NCBI GenBank assembly: GCA_965248105.1
Contig: CBDFIK010000005.1
Span: forward strand, 648,683-712,682
Length of the DNA stretch: 64,000 nucleotides
Direction: 5' to 3'
Origin: Bryobacterales bacterium
Lineage (GTDB): Bacteria > Acidobacteriota > Terriglobia > Bryobacterales > UBA6623
Below the pieces are notes generated by a model. That model did not search any database. It was not told the origin of the DNA and worked only from the letters and a program-made list of their open reading frames with translations. Both the position numbers and the translations under genes were made by a program. Of the stretch, positions 44,186 to 53,893 are shown in pieces. Numbering within the stretch: the first letter of the stretch is position 1; each line of letters begins with the position of its first letter.

Positions 44186-44869
44186 ATGAACAATCAACTC
44201 CCCTCCCGCGCCGTCATCTTTGACCTTGATGGGGTTCTCGTGGAGAGCGAATCGCTGAAGGCCAGGGCCCATTCAGCGGCGGTCGGAGAACTGGGTGGCC
44301 GGGTGCCTCCAAGTTACTATAGCCACGTTATGGGAGCGTCCCACGAGTTCGTGCGGGCAGCTTTCATACGGGAAGGCAATCTTACCGTCGCCCCGGAACG
44401 ATACTCATCCCTCTATCACGGGATCTACGAGCAAATGCTAGAAGATCTGGAGGTGACAGCGGGCGCTCGCCAGCTGGTCGTAGCGCTCGGTGATCGCGAT
44501 TATCGACTGGCGGTCGCCACGTCCAGCCAGCCGTGGATGGTAGATCGAATTCTGCGCCAGACCGGCCTCGGAGGGCATTTTCAGGTTGTCGTCACGGCGG
44601 CGGATGTCGAGCGGCACAAGCCCGCGCCCGACGCGTATCATCAGGCGCTCGATCGGCTGGGGGTGATGCCGGCCAACGCCGCCGTCATCGAGGATTCTGA
44701 AAGCGGCGTAACCGCCGCCGTCAGCGCCGGGATTCCAACCCTAGCCCGGCGACATGAAATGAACCAGCGGCATGATCTGACCAAGGCCGAGGTGGTGCTC
44801 GATTCTCTCCTCCAGACCGACCAAATCCTCCACTGGATCGACAAAATCGGCTCGAGGGTCAGAGCTTAG
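44186..44869 (+). CDS. HAD-superfamily hydrolase (beta-phosphoglucomutase-like subfamily IA)
   Basis: Motif I AVIFDLDGVLVESE, motif II VATSS, motif III/IV K...IEDSESGVTAAVSAG. Confidence 0.8.
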   Translation: MNNQLPSRAVIFDLDGVLVESESLKARAHSAAVGELGGRVPPSYYSHVMGASHEFVRAAFIREGNLTVAPERYSSLYHGIYEQMLEDLEVTAGARQLVVALGDRDYRLAVATSSQPWMVDRILRQTGLGGHFQVVVTAADVERHKPAPDAYHQALDRLGVMPANAAVIEDSESGVTAAVSAGIPTLARRHEMNQRHDLTKAEVVLDSLLQTDQILHWIDKIGSRVRA

Positions 44870-45232
44870 CGGCACCCAAGGACGCAGTGAAAACCGATCA
44901 CCATTCGACGTATTTGCTCCGGTGACCACTTCTCTGGAAGTCCATCGTATTGTCGGTCGATTTCAAGTGTGAAGAAAGATCACGCGCTACACTTCCGTAA
45001 TAACGTCAGGGGAACTTGGAGTTCACTTGGCGCGGTAGGGTGTGGCCTCGGAGAAACAATTGACTCGCTTCCTCGTCTGGTCCACCAGCGCGGGGGGCTG
45101 GAGTGCGCGCCATGGTTTTGGATCTCCACCGGAGTCAGAGGCTCAGGCTCTCCGGCGCGTCGGTTGGAGCGAGTTTCGACGGGCGCGTGTCGGCGGTGAC
45201 GGCGCCAACTTGCTGCCATCCGTTCCCCTTGG

Positions 45233-47683
45233 CTAGAAGGGTCGGACCACCCCGATGGCCAGGCGGCCGGCCGAGTCGCGCGCAATGTCAGCTTCCGCTC
45301 GCACCCTTGTCATCCAGTCCAAGTAACGGAGGCCGACGCTGCCATCCGAATGGAGCGTCATCACGCAAAATCCGTTGTTGCCGCGCCCTTGGCGCAGGCC
45401 GGTGGAAGCTGGGAAACGAGCCTGTGTTTCCAGGAACTCAAGTGGCGCCGGTGACGGCTCGCCGTGCCGTTTGCGTCCGTAGGGAAAGCCCCCGTGCCCA
45501 ATGCAGCTTCCAATGAAAGGGCTCTCGGTCCCGTGGTTGAACAAGGCACAGTAGTGAGTATTGCCCCAGAACCACATGTCAATCAGCTGCCGGCCGGCCA
45601 GATCGAGCAGGTCCGACGTCAACAGATCGGTCGGTGCTTCCTCTCCGTATTCGTACGGATGATTGGCGCTGAACAGAATGTTCGAGCGGCCCGATTGCCG
45701 GCCGTCCACGAGCCGTTCTTCCAGCCAGCCCAGAAGAGCTGCCTGCCCAAAGCGCCCGTCCTCATGGTAGGCCGTGTCGATCCCGATCAGCTGAAACTTT
45801 TCTGACTCAAGAGCAAAGTAACTACCCTCCTGCCGCTGCCGCCCGGGGTGATCCTGCCTTTTCCGATCGATGTAGTCAAAGTACCAGCGCGCGCCGCGGT
45901 ACATCTCGTGGTTGGCGTTGAGAAAGAACAGTTCCGTCTGTCCCACAACGTTCTGGAGGGGCCTCCGGACAAAGTTTCGGAACTCGCCTTTGCGGCCGGC
46001 ATAGTACACATCCCCGCAATGGATACCCAATGGAAAGCGGCGGTCTTCGAGTTGTTTGGAGATATAGTTCGACTGGTATTCGCCCGTTCCCCAGTCGCTC
46101 AACAGCGCCACCTCGAGGGGCGATTGCGCGGAGGGCTCGGGCAGCCGGTAGCGGAATTGGGTGGTGAAGTTTTCGTGTTCGCGGAAAGGCGCTTTTCCGG
46201 CACCGAACAAGAAGGGGACGGTGGTATGGAGAATCCAGCGAAACGCATCGCCGGCTGGCTCGAATCTGCGCCGGCCGGGGTTGATCGGATACCGCTCCAA
46301 GTCAATCCCGGGAAAGCTGAAGTCGTCCGGCAACCTTTCCGCGGCGGATTCGAGGCTTTCCGCGGCGAGCAAGGAGCGTTCCGCACCCCGCGGGTTCTGG
46401 AGGGCAAAGCGCACGTCCTCCAGAGCCTTATCGAGCTGATCCTCGGTCAAATTCTGATCAACCGCCCGCCGGAAGAACTCCAGAGTTTCGCGCGGTTCAC
46501 GGAAGAGACGTTGCTGAATCTCTGCTACGTTCTCCAGGCTGAGGTCCGGCTCATCGTCCTCGTCTTCGGGAGTCTCCACCGGCAGCCCGGATGCCACATC
46601 GACGCTACGGCGCAGCAGAGCACAATCCGATTCCGAGGTAGGGATGCGATTGAACGAGACGTCGAGCTTCTCGAAGACACTGTGGATGTTGCATGCCAGA
46701 GCATTCTCCGCTTCCGGAGCGGGATCTGATTCCCCAGCGAAATGCAGCCCGACAACCACATTCTGGTGCTCACCCTCAGCCATGATCCAGACACTGCCTG
46801 AATCGCCGCCACTCGAGACTTCGCCGTCACTGGGAAGATGCTCGGGGTCCGGCCGTATCTCGAATCCCCCAATCTCGCGCACCCCCACTCCGCGGTAAGA
46901 GATGTTCGACGTGACACCGGTCCGTGTCACAATCCCGCGGGTGACGCCCGTAGTGCGTCCCGACTTTGCAACCCGGTCGCGCAGCTCGACCTTTCCGATT
47001 CTGCGCTCGGGGATCACATCGAGTCCCACGATGCGTTCGTCAAAGCCGCGGTCCTCGATGGAAGCGATCGCACAGTCGCCGGCCAAGCCAAGGTGACTGC
47101 GCACAAGTCTTCCTGTGAAGTCCTTCCGTCGGGATCCCCCGTCGTGGGCGCCGGGTTGGATTACCCGATCCCCGATCTCGCCTGTACCCCCTTGTAGTAC
47201 ATGCCAGTTGCTCAAGACGTAGGGCTGGCCCGTTCGCCTGTCGTAGACGATGGCCCCGAGCGTACCCGCACTCACGTCCTTGTGAGCGATACTGATGCCC
47301 GGTTGGATGGGGTCTTGGCGGGTGCGCCGAATCTGGCGGACGCTGGGCGAATCTGCTTCCGCGCCCTCTCGCTCTGGGACAATGATAACCGTGGGCTCGT
47401 AAACGCGCTTGGTAACCTGGACCCGCACCTGATTCCCGTATTCGTCGTCAACGTAATCGGGTAGCTTCTCGAGCCCCTTCTCGTCGAGACTCTCCAGCGC
47501 GACCTTTTCCTCCACCGTGAACTGAATGCACAGTTCGTCCGTTTCCTCGCCCGTCGTCTTGTCGATCCGGTAGCCGACACCAACGGATGTGACTCCCTTT
47601 GTGTTCAGATAACGCTGCGCCCTGCGGCGCACCAGCTTGATAAGTTCCTGCTCAGTCGGCTTTTTCCGATTGGTTTTCGCCAT
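45233..47683 (-). CDS. Fusion protein: chymotrypsin-fold (S1-like) serine protease + purple-acid-phosphatase-like metallophosphoesterase; no signal peptide
   Basis: Triad contexts LSNWHVL (His), GDCAIASI (Asp), GGDSGSVW (Ser). An acidic helical linker of ~180 aa follows. The phosphoesterase motifs appear in order: LSDWGTG, CGDVYYAG, NANHE, SANHP, GNTHY, IGHGG. Confidence 0.75.
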   Translation of the reverse strand: MAKTNRKKPTEQELIKLVRRRAQRYLNTKGVTSVGVGYRIDKTTGEETDELCIQFTVEEKVALESLDEKGLEKLPDYVDDEYGNQVRVQVTKRVYEPTVIIVPEREGAEADSPSVRQIRRTRQDPIQPGISIAHKDVSAGTLGAIVYDRRTGQPYVLSNWHVLQGGTGEIGDRVIQPGAHDGGSRRKDFTGRLVRSHLGLAGDCAIASIEDRGFDERIVGLDVIPERRIGKVELRDRVAKSGRTTGVTRGIVTRTGVTSNISYRGVGVREIGGFEIRPDPEHLPSDGEVSSGGDSGSVWIMAEGEHQNVVVGLHFAGESDPAPEAENALACNIHSVFEKLDVSFNRIPTSESDCALLRRSVDVASGLPVETPEDEDDEPDLSLENVAEIQQRLFREPRETLEFFRRAVDQNLTEDQLDKALEDVRFALQNPRGAERSLLAAESLESAAERLPDDFSFPGIDLERYPINPGRRRFEPAGDAFRWILHTTVPFLFGAGKAPFREHENFTTQFRYRLPEPSAQSPLEVALLSDWGTGEYQSNYISKQLEDRRFPLGIHCGDVYYAGRKGEFRNFVRRPLQNVVGQTELFFLNANHEMYRGARWYFDYIDRKRQDHPGRQRQEGSYFALESEKFQLIGIDTAYHEDGRFGQAALLGWLEERLVDGRQSGRSNILFSANHPYEYGEEAPTDLLTSDLLDLAGRQLIDMWFWGNTHYCALFNHGTESPFIGSCIGHGGFPYGRKRHGEPSPAPLEFLETQARFPASTGLRQGRGNNGFCVMTLHSDGSVGLRYLDWMTRVRAEADIARDSAGRLAIGVVRPF

Positions 47684-47752
47684 CTTTGGGACTCCTGAGA
47701 CCAGAATTTAGTTGAGTAGCGCCCTCAGCTTGTCCTCATTTCCCTTCTTCAC

Positions 47753-50071
47753 CTAGGGCCTCTTCACGAACACTCGCTGCAGCAGTTCGTTCTCGGCGGG
47801 CAAGAAACGTCCGCCCGGGTCCATCTTGAGGCGCACTTCGTTGAACTCGTCCCAGATGTCGCCGTAAAGATGCTTCATATCCGCGAACGTAGCCGTGGTC
47901 TTCTTCCCCAAGTGCGACCGGGCATCGTAGTTCGCGCGCAACAAGTCGTCAAACCGGCTGAAAACCTGGCGAATGCGTTTTCGCGAATATTCCCCCAGAG
48001 GAGCCGCGAGTTCGAGGTAGCACGTCCGCCCGCCGGTGCCCGGTCCGATCATGGCTTCGGAGGCGTCGGGGGTAAAACGCACCTCGATAACCGTGCGCAT
48101 CTCCTCCTCCAGCAGAAGCTCCTGCACCTCCCCGAGCGCTTGCTGGTAACGCGAGTATTGCGGTTTGCCGTTCTTGACGGGCAAAGAAATGCCGACTTCG
48201 ATCTCGTCGTGCTGAAAGTACAGCTTGCGAGCAAACGCGTCCTTCGCGGCCAGCACCAACGGTTTGCGCTTATTCAGATTCTTCAGCATGTCGTCCGCAT
48301 CGGGATCGTCGGGATTTCCCGGGTCCGGCGCCGTCAACCGCGCCAGTCTCAGCAGCGCGTTCGGCAAGAACGCCGAGCCGACGTGATCGAGAATCTCCCG
48401 CGAGGACTTCAGCAGCTCGGCGTTGTTCGAGATCGGCTCGTTGGTCCGCTTCCAGCCGTTGAGCCGAACGGTCGGCAAGTCCTCGCCGCCCCCGCCGGCG
48501 TAGTAAAAGCTGACATGGTCGTAGGCGAACAACTCCTTCGGCTGTTTCTTCTTGAGCAACTCGCCAATCGTGTCTTCCGCCCACTTGCGCGGCACCAACT
48601 GCTGGGTCTTTCGGAAGTTGAACGCCGCATCCAGTTTGAGCATCACCTCGACCACGACGCCGCAAACCCCCAGGGCTCCCGCGACGGGCAGCCGTGAAAG
48701 CTTACGGGCCCGCGCGGGCCGAGGCGGCCGCCAAATCCATCGCCCGGGCTTGCCGCGAGCTACGCTCTCGTCCTTGACAAACAAGTGCTCGGCGCCGTTT
48801 GCGTCAAGCACTTTGAGTTCGAGCAACTGTTGCGACAGAAAGCCCGCGCTGTGTCCGGTCGAGTGGAGATCCGTCGCGATCAACCCGCCGATACTCTGAG
48901 CGTCGGTCGAGCCGGCGACCGGCAACGCCAGGCCCGTATTGCCCATCTTTGAAACGGCCTTCGTGAAGTCGCGCAGCCGCATGCCCGCGGAGGCACGGAC
49001 CACGCGATCCGCCTGATCTCCCTTGAGGTTGTATTTGGCGGCTTCGTTGGGATCTACGATATTGACCCGCTTTCCAGAGGCGAGCTTGTAATTATCAAGC
49101 GTCACGAGACCGCCGATCCGCTTCTTCCTCTTGCCGCCCATCGAGGAAGCGATATTGAAGGCGTGCCCGCCGGCGGCCATGCGTAATGGATCATTCTTCC
49201 GGATCTCGTCTTTTACCGCGGCCAAGTTTTTGGGCTTCCTGTATTTCTTCGGGTAGACTGTGATGTCACGGTTCCAGTTGACCCACTTCCTGCGGATACG
49301 GAACCACTTCGATTCATGATCGACGGCGCCGAACGGGCGCGCCAGCAGATTCAACACGTTGCGCAGGTGAGCCGCGCGCGCCGCCCGTCCGGGCTTGTCG
49401 ACGTCACTCAAGGTGAGGCCCTTGACGAACGTTCTCAGCTTCGCGGCCGCCTGGTTGACCTTCTCGACCAAGGCCGGGTTGTCCGTGTCGTGCGCGGAAT
49501 GGAACTCATCACTGGCTTTCAGCGTACCGCTGAGATCCTTCGCGGCCCTCAGAAACGCCGTGCCCTTTTGATCGCGAAAATAGGCGATCGGAACCGCGCT
49601 GAGCACGTCATCGAGAAAGTCGTCCTTCCGTGCCTTGTTCAGCTCCTTGTGCCGCTCGGCATACTTCCTGAGCCGGTTGATCTGCGCTTCGTGGCGGAAA
49701 TAATCCGGGTGATCCCTGATGAGCTTGCGGATGTAAGCGATCTCGAACTTGTGCACGGCGCCGACATCTTCGGCCAGGCGCAGGAGCTCACTGATGTCGA
49801 CATCGTGGAACCGGCCGCCGGGGCGCTCCGCCCGTCGGCTCAAGAAGATCTTGACGTAGTCCCTCATGCTGCGCGCTTCGAGCACGTGATTCGGATCCCG
49901 GAAGTATCCGGCAGGAAAAGGGAAAGGGTTGACGGGGGGAGTCGGCATGGGAATTCTCGTTAGTTTAGAACTATAACCCGGCAATTCCACGCTGCGGCGC
50001 GCGTTTAACCCGGGATTTTTGAGTTGGAGTCTGTCGCGGTCATGGTACACGGCTCGCGGCCGGGAACGCAA
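47753..50071 (-). CDS. FAD-linked oxidase of the gulonolactone/arabinonolactone oxidase type with a ~280-aa helical N-terminal extension
   Basis: PCMH-type FAD domain (AAGGHAFNIASSMGG, GSTDAQSIGGLIATDLHSTGH). ALO-type C-terminus (RSHLGKK...FNEVRLKMDPGGRF). The N-terminal region matches no family I recognise. An alternative ATG at 49948 would start MPTPPVNPFPFPAGY. Confidence 0.75.
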   Translation of the reverse strand: MRSRPRAVYHDRDRLQLKNPGLNARRSVELPGYSSKLTRIPMPTPPVNPFPFPAGYFRDPNHVLEARSMRDYVKIFLSRRAERPGGRFHDVDISELLRLAEDVGAVHKFEIAYIRKLIRDHPDYFRHEAQINRLRKYAERHKELNKARKDDFLDDVLSAVPIAYFRDQKGTAFLRAAKDLSGTLKASDEFHSAHDTDNPALVEKVNQAAAKLRTFVKGLTLSDVDKPGRAARAAHLRNVLNLLARPFGAVDHESKWFRIRRKWVNWNRDITVYPKKYRKPKNLAAVKDEIRKNDPLRMAAGGHAFNIASSMGGKRKKRIGGLVTLDNYKLASGKRVNIVDPNEAAKYNLKGDQADRVVRASAGMRLRDFTKAVSKMGNTGLALPVAGSTDAQSIGGLIATDLHSTGHSAGFLSQQLLELKVLDANGAEHLFVKDESVARGKPGRWIWRPPRPARARKLSRLPVAGALGVCGVVVEVMLKLDAAFNFRKTQQLVPRKWAEDTIGELLKKKQPKELFAYDHVSFYYAGGGGEDLPTVRLNGWKRTNEPISNNAELLKSSREILDHVGSAFLPNALLRLARLTAPDPGNPDDPDADDMLKNLNKRKPLVLAAKDAFARKLYFQHDEIEVGISLPVKNGKPQYSRYQQALGEVQELLLEEEMRTVIEVRFTPDASEAMIGPGTGGRTCYLELAAPLGEYSRKRIRQVFSRFDDLLRANYDARSHLGKKTTATFADMKHLYGDIWDEFNEVRLKMDPGGRFLPAENELLQRVFVKRP

Positions 50072-50184
50072 GCAGTTTCCGCCTTGGAACGGACTGGGGA
50101 ATCACATCGAAGGGTTCGGCGGCGAAAAGATGCACGGGCGGCTGAAGGCGAACTTATTTCAAGCATTTGTCGCCGCCCTCTTTA

Positions 50185-50772
50185 TTAGTTGTGCTTTGAG
50201 GACGGCGAATTACCCGGCGGTTCAGTGTCCATGAAGTGGTAACAGATCATGTGGCAGACAATCATATGGCCGTCCTCGATACGGCCCATGTGTGTGTCAT
50301 CGACATGGACGTTGAGTTTGACGAACGCTGCGAGCTTGCCGCCGTCTCGGCCGCTAAGACCAATCGTGTAACAGCCGATGGAGTTGGCTTCTTCGATAGC
50401 ACGAATCACGTTCGGGGAGTTTCCGCTGCCGCTTAGCACCATCACGATATCCCCGGGCCGGGCGAAATTCTTCAACTGTTCGACAAAGACCGCGTCATAA
50501 CCCACATCATTGGCGTACGCGGTCAGAGTCGGGATCTGCTCGCTAAGCGACATGATCCGGAAGCGCTTCGGATGCCGGTAGCTGGCGCCCTTCACCATGT
50601 CGCAAGCGAAGTGGTTCGCTGTAGCGGCGCTCCCCCCATTGCCACAGACGAAGATTTGCCGGCCCTCCTCGCGCGCCTTGGAGAAAACGTCAATAGCCTT
50701 CTGCACTTGGTCGAGATCAATCGTCTCAAGAGCGTGAAGAAGCTTGGCCTTGTATTCGCTGGGAAAATTCAT
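50185..50772 (-). CDS. SIS-domain sugar-phosphate isomerase, GmhA (sedoheptulose-7-P isomerase)-like
   Basis: IFVCGNGGSAATANHFACDM and VLSGSGNSPNVIRAIEEA motifs typical of the GmhA/DiaA SIS family. Confidence 0.8.
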   Translation of the reverse strand: MNFPSEYKAKLLHALETIDLDQVQKAIDVFSKAREEGRQIFVCGNGGSAATANHFACDMVKGASYRHPKRFRIMSLSEQIPTLTAYANDVGYDAVFVEQLKNFARPGDIVMVLSGSGNSPNVIRAIEEANSIGCYTIGLSGRDGGKLAAFVKLNVHVDDTHMGRIEDGHMIVCHMICYHFMDTEPPGNSPSSKHN

Positions 50773-50952
50773 AGCTTACTGTTGCCGTCCTACTGCCCAG
50801 TGAGAAGAAATTCGGTCGGACAGGAAACCTTGCCTGTCCGGCCACAGGGCTGCACGATTACGACGACTTACGAGACTAGTCGGCGACTCGAAGCCGCGTG
50901 AAATAGGTTCCTCAACAACCTGCTAGGGTGACTTGACCCGCTCACCCGCGGA

Positions 50953-51942
50953 TCAGCTCGGCAGAGAGTTTGCTCTTGCCAATACCTGTGACGGCGCTGC
51001 CACGCCAGTGCCTTCTTTCGTGATCGTAACACTGGAGACCAGATTGCCGAATCGCACCGCCTTCTCGAAGTCACCGGTCGCGTACAAAGCCAGCGCCATG
51101 CCCGCGGCGAAACTGTCGCCCGCTCCACAGATGTCGACTGGTTTCTCAATATCAACGGTGGGGACAAGTTGTTCCCCATGGTCATGCACCAGGAGGGCGC
51201 CCCGCTTGCCCTGTGTCACGACGAGCGGGTGATCGCCGATCTTCTCACGCAGGCGCTGGTAGTTGGTCTCACCGAAGAGCTTCCGGCTGGCCTCATTGGC
51301 TTCTTGCAAGTTGGGCTTGGCGATGACATTTCGAAACAACTCGATGCGGGCTCGCGAATCGACAATAACAATCTTGTCGGGGTTGCGCTCAGAGACGTCG
51401 GCAATCACCTCTCGGAATAAGTCCGAGAGGACCCCTCCCTTTTCAGTCTCGGCCTGGTCCGCTACGAGAATGACGTCGAAGCTTTCATACTCGGAGTGAA
51501 AGGTTGCAATAAGCTGATCTTCGATTTCGCCGGGCAGGGGCTTGGTATTAATGAAATCCAGTCGTGGGTGGTCTTCCTTTCCACTGCTGCCATTAATGAG
51601 CTTCGTATAGGTGAACGTCTGTATCTCAGGAGACGCAACCAACAGCCGATAGTCGATGTTTCGGCTTGCCAAGGATCGCTCGAGCTCAAACCCGAAGCCG
51701 TCCTGCCCAATAGCGCCCAAAACCGCCACACGGCCCGCCCCCAAAGCCGCCAGATTGTTGGCTATGGTTCCTCCGGCGCCTGGGGTAACCTCGGTTTCAA
51801 CGACGCCAATACGAGGGATACCCGTTTCGCGCGACGGCTCCGACGCCGCGGGGTCGTAACGGCACCAGCGGTCGAGACAGATGTCGCCCACGACCAGCGC
51901 GTGGCAGTCGGCGAACTGCTCGACCAGGGTTTCCCAGTTCAT
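50953..51942 (-). CDS. PfkB-family carbohydrate kinase, HldE/RfaE domain-I (heptose-7-P kinase)-like
   Basis: ALVVGDICLDRWCRY...PRIGVVETEVTPGAGGTIANNLAALGAG...DICGAGDSFAAGMA. ATG 51942 overlaps the upstream stop in an ATGA. No fused adenylyltransferase domain. Confidence 0.8.
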   Translation of the reverse strand: MNWETLVEQFADCHALVVGDICLDRWCRYDPAASEPSRETGIPRIGVVETEVTPGAGGTIANNLAALGAGRVAVLGAIGQDGFGFELERSLASRNIDYRLLVASPEIQTFTYTKLINGSSGKEDHPRLDFINTKPLPGEIEDQLIATFHSEYESFDVILVADQAETEKGGVLSDLFREVIADVSERNPDKIVIVDSRARIELFRNVIAKPNLQEANEASRKLFGETNYQRLREKIGDHPLVVTQGKRGALLVHDHGEQLVPTVDIEKPVDICGAGDSFAAGMALALYATGDFEKAVRFGNLVSSVTITKEGTGVAAPSQVLARANSLPS

Positions 51943-52913
51943 GGCGATTCCCCGTCCAGGATAGCTTGGCGCAGAGCGGGCCAGACGGCGCGGTGGTCTC
52001 CACATACATAGAAGCTGCTCCCGCCATCGGCCACCGTCCTGACCAGCATTGTCTTATGGGGGCGAAAATAGTAGCCCGGGTCGGTCTTGGGAAGCTCTTT
52101 TCGATAGTCCCCTTGAATGGGCACCAGATCGAAAACCGCCGTCGTAAGATTCTTGATAACCCGGCCCTGCTGGTGAGCGACATTGCGGGCCATGGCCAAG
52201 GCTTTTAGAAAAACCTCGGGGCCCATGATCGCGGAACCGAAGTTCAGCAGCACACCACCTTCGAGGTTTTCGACCGCTCGCGTGAAAACCAGGAAGTCGC
52301 GGTAGCTTGACTTGCCCACGGCCGCGCCGTCGCAATTGGGATGTTCATGAATGATGTCATAGCCGAGGCCGACGTGCACCGTCGCCGGGATCGATTGCTC
52401 GTAGGCCGTCGCGAAAAGGCTGACGTCTCGGTGAGGATACTCGCTGTCCAGAATCCGGCGGCCGACATTTTCGCCCAGGCCCAGATCGAGCTCCGCCGCT
52501 TCACACGTCCACTCGTTCAGAACGCCGGTTTCTTCCCACAGTCCGAACTCCCCGCTGCGAATGTAGCGCGCCACGCTCTCCGTGGTTGCCCCGATACGCG
52601 CCAGTTCGTAGTCGTGGATGGCTCCCGCACCGTTCATAGCCAGGTGGGTGAATACGCCCCGACGCAATAAATCGACCACCACGCGCGAGACCCCCATCTT
52701 TATCACATGGGCGCCCATCATCAGAATGCGTGCGGCACCACTAGAGCGAGCGTCGTTAACCCGCTCGGCGATCGTGATCAGGTCCGGGTGCCCCCACTCG
52801 CCGACAGGGTCATCCAATTCCAGAAGATAATCGATCTCCATGTCGTGCTTGCGCTCCGCCAAGGGGCGCAAGTGCAGCCGACTGCGATCGAATACCGGGT
52901 ACTTGGACTTCAT
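51939..52913 (-). CDS. Uncharacterised protein, possibly deoxyhypusine-synthase-like (DHS-like NAD-binding fold)
   Basis: 324 aa. ILMMGAHVIKMGVSRVVVDLLRRGVFTHLAMNGAGAIHDYELA resembles the DHS ...SSGIR..I..LV....VD.LVTTAGGVEEDL segment by eye only. Translationally coupled on both sides by ATGA overlaps. Confidence 0.45.
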   Translation of the reverse strand: MKSKYPVFDRSRLHLRPLAERKHDMEIDYLLELDDPVGEWGHPDLITIAERVNDARSSGAARILMMGAHVIKMGVSRVVVDLLRRGVFTHLAMNGAGAIHDYELARIGATTESVARYIRSGEFGLWEETGVLNEWTCEAAELDLGLGENVGRRILDSEYPHRDVSLFATAYEQSIPATVHVGLGYDIIHEHPNCDGAAVGKSSYRDFLVFTRAVENLEGGVLLNFGSAIMGPEVFLKALAMARNVAHQQGRVIKNLTTAVFDLVPIQGDYRKELPKTDPGYYFRPHKTMLVRTVADGGSSFYVCGDHRAVWPALRQAILDGESP

Positions 52914-53821
52914 GCCGGAAACAACGAGTTCATCAGTTCCGCGTGGCCCCGAAAGTGGGGGACGATCCAGTCGGCGCCCACGGCCGCCAGCCTTTTGCGT
53001 TTCACTGGATCAACCTTCTCGCAAGCCGGCTCGTCCGTGGCCACGCCTACCGCCACGCCGCCGACCTCCTTGACGTTCTCGATCTCGACGAAGCCGTCCC
53101 CAAATCCGAGAAACTCCTCACCCTCAAAGTCGCTGTCGCGGATGAGTTTTTCAATCAAGATCTTCTTGGAAAACTTCTTGTAATCGTCCAGCGCTCCGTA
53201 CACGCCGTCGAAATAGGAATCCACGTGCAACAGAGCAGCTTCTTCGCGCATGTAGGGTTGATCCGTGCCACTGGCTAAATAAAGTATCAGGCCTCTTTCC
53301 TTGAGGGACTCGATCAGGCGCCGGACGCCGGGAACCATCATCTCGTCGGGGGAAAGACTCTCGGACCGCAGCTGCTCGATGCGGTGTCGAATCTTATCCA
53401 TCAATCGATCGAGGTAAATGTGTTTGTACTCCAGCGGATCGCGCGGCTTCCCGCCGCGCTTGCGGATCTGCTCAGCGAATTCGATCATCTGGTAGATCGT
53501 CTGCCGCCCTGTCAAATGGCCCACGTAGCCCTCTACCAGCGTTCGAAGTTCTTCTTCGCTTTCTCCCGTGTCGAGCCCCAGCAGCTCCTCCACCATCATG
53601 GGGACCATGACGTCAACCCACCCTGCTCGAATCAGCGAGACCGTCCCGTCAAAGTCAAACAATGCGACCCGGGCACGGGACGCGGTCGCCCCCGGGGATA
53701 AGCACTCAATATAGGATTCCATCCTGGTTTGGTACAGCGGGGCAGGAACGTTTCCCATCTGACGGGCTGTTTCACCCCGTTCCCGGCCGTCCGCCGGGCT
53801 GATTCTCAATCTTACCGACAC
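52910..53821 (-). CDS. HAD-superfamily hydrolase/phosphatase
   Basis: Motif I ALFDFDGTVSLIRAGW, ...LASGTDQ..., GFGDGFVEIENV. The start is uncertain (53821, 53758 or 53722). Confidence 0.7.
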   Translation of the reverse strand: MSVRLRISPADGRERGETARQMGNVPAPLYQTRMESYIECLSPGATASRARVALFDFDGTVSLIRAGWVDVMVPMMVEELLGLDTGESEEELRTLVEGYVGHLTGRQTIYQMIEFAEQIRKRGGKPRDPLEYKHIYLDRLMDKIRHRIEQLRSESLSPDEMMVPGVRRLIESLKERGLILYLASGTDQPYMREEAALLHVDSYFDGVYGALDDYKKFSKKILIEKLIRDSDFEGEEFLGFGDGFVEIENVKEVGGVAVGVATDEPACEKVDPVKRKRLAAVGADWIVPHFRGHAELMNSLFPA

Positions 53822-53893
53822 TGCCCCTTCCGAAGCACCCTCGGGCTGCTCGGTCGCTGCAAATCGGTCGGTGCCTCTGACTGCTGCAAAGCT

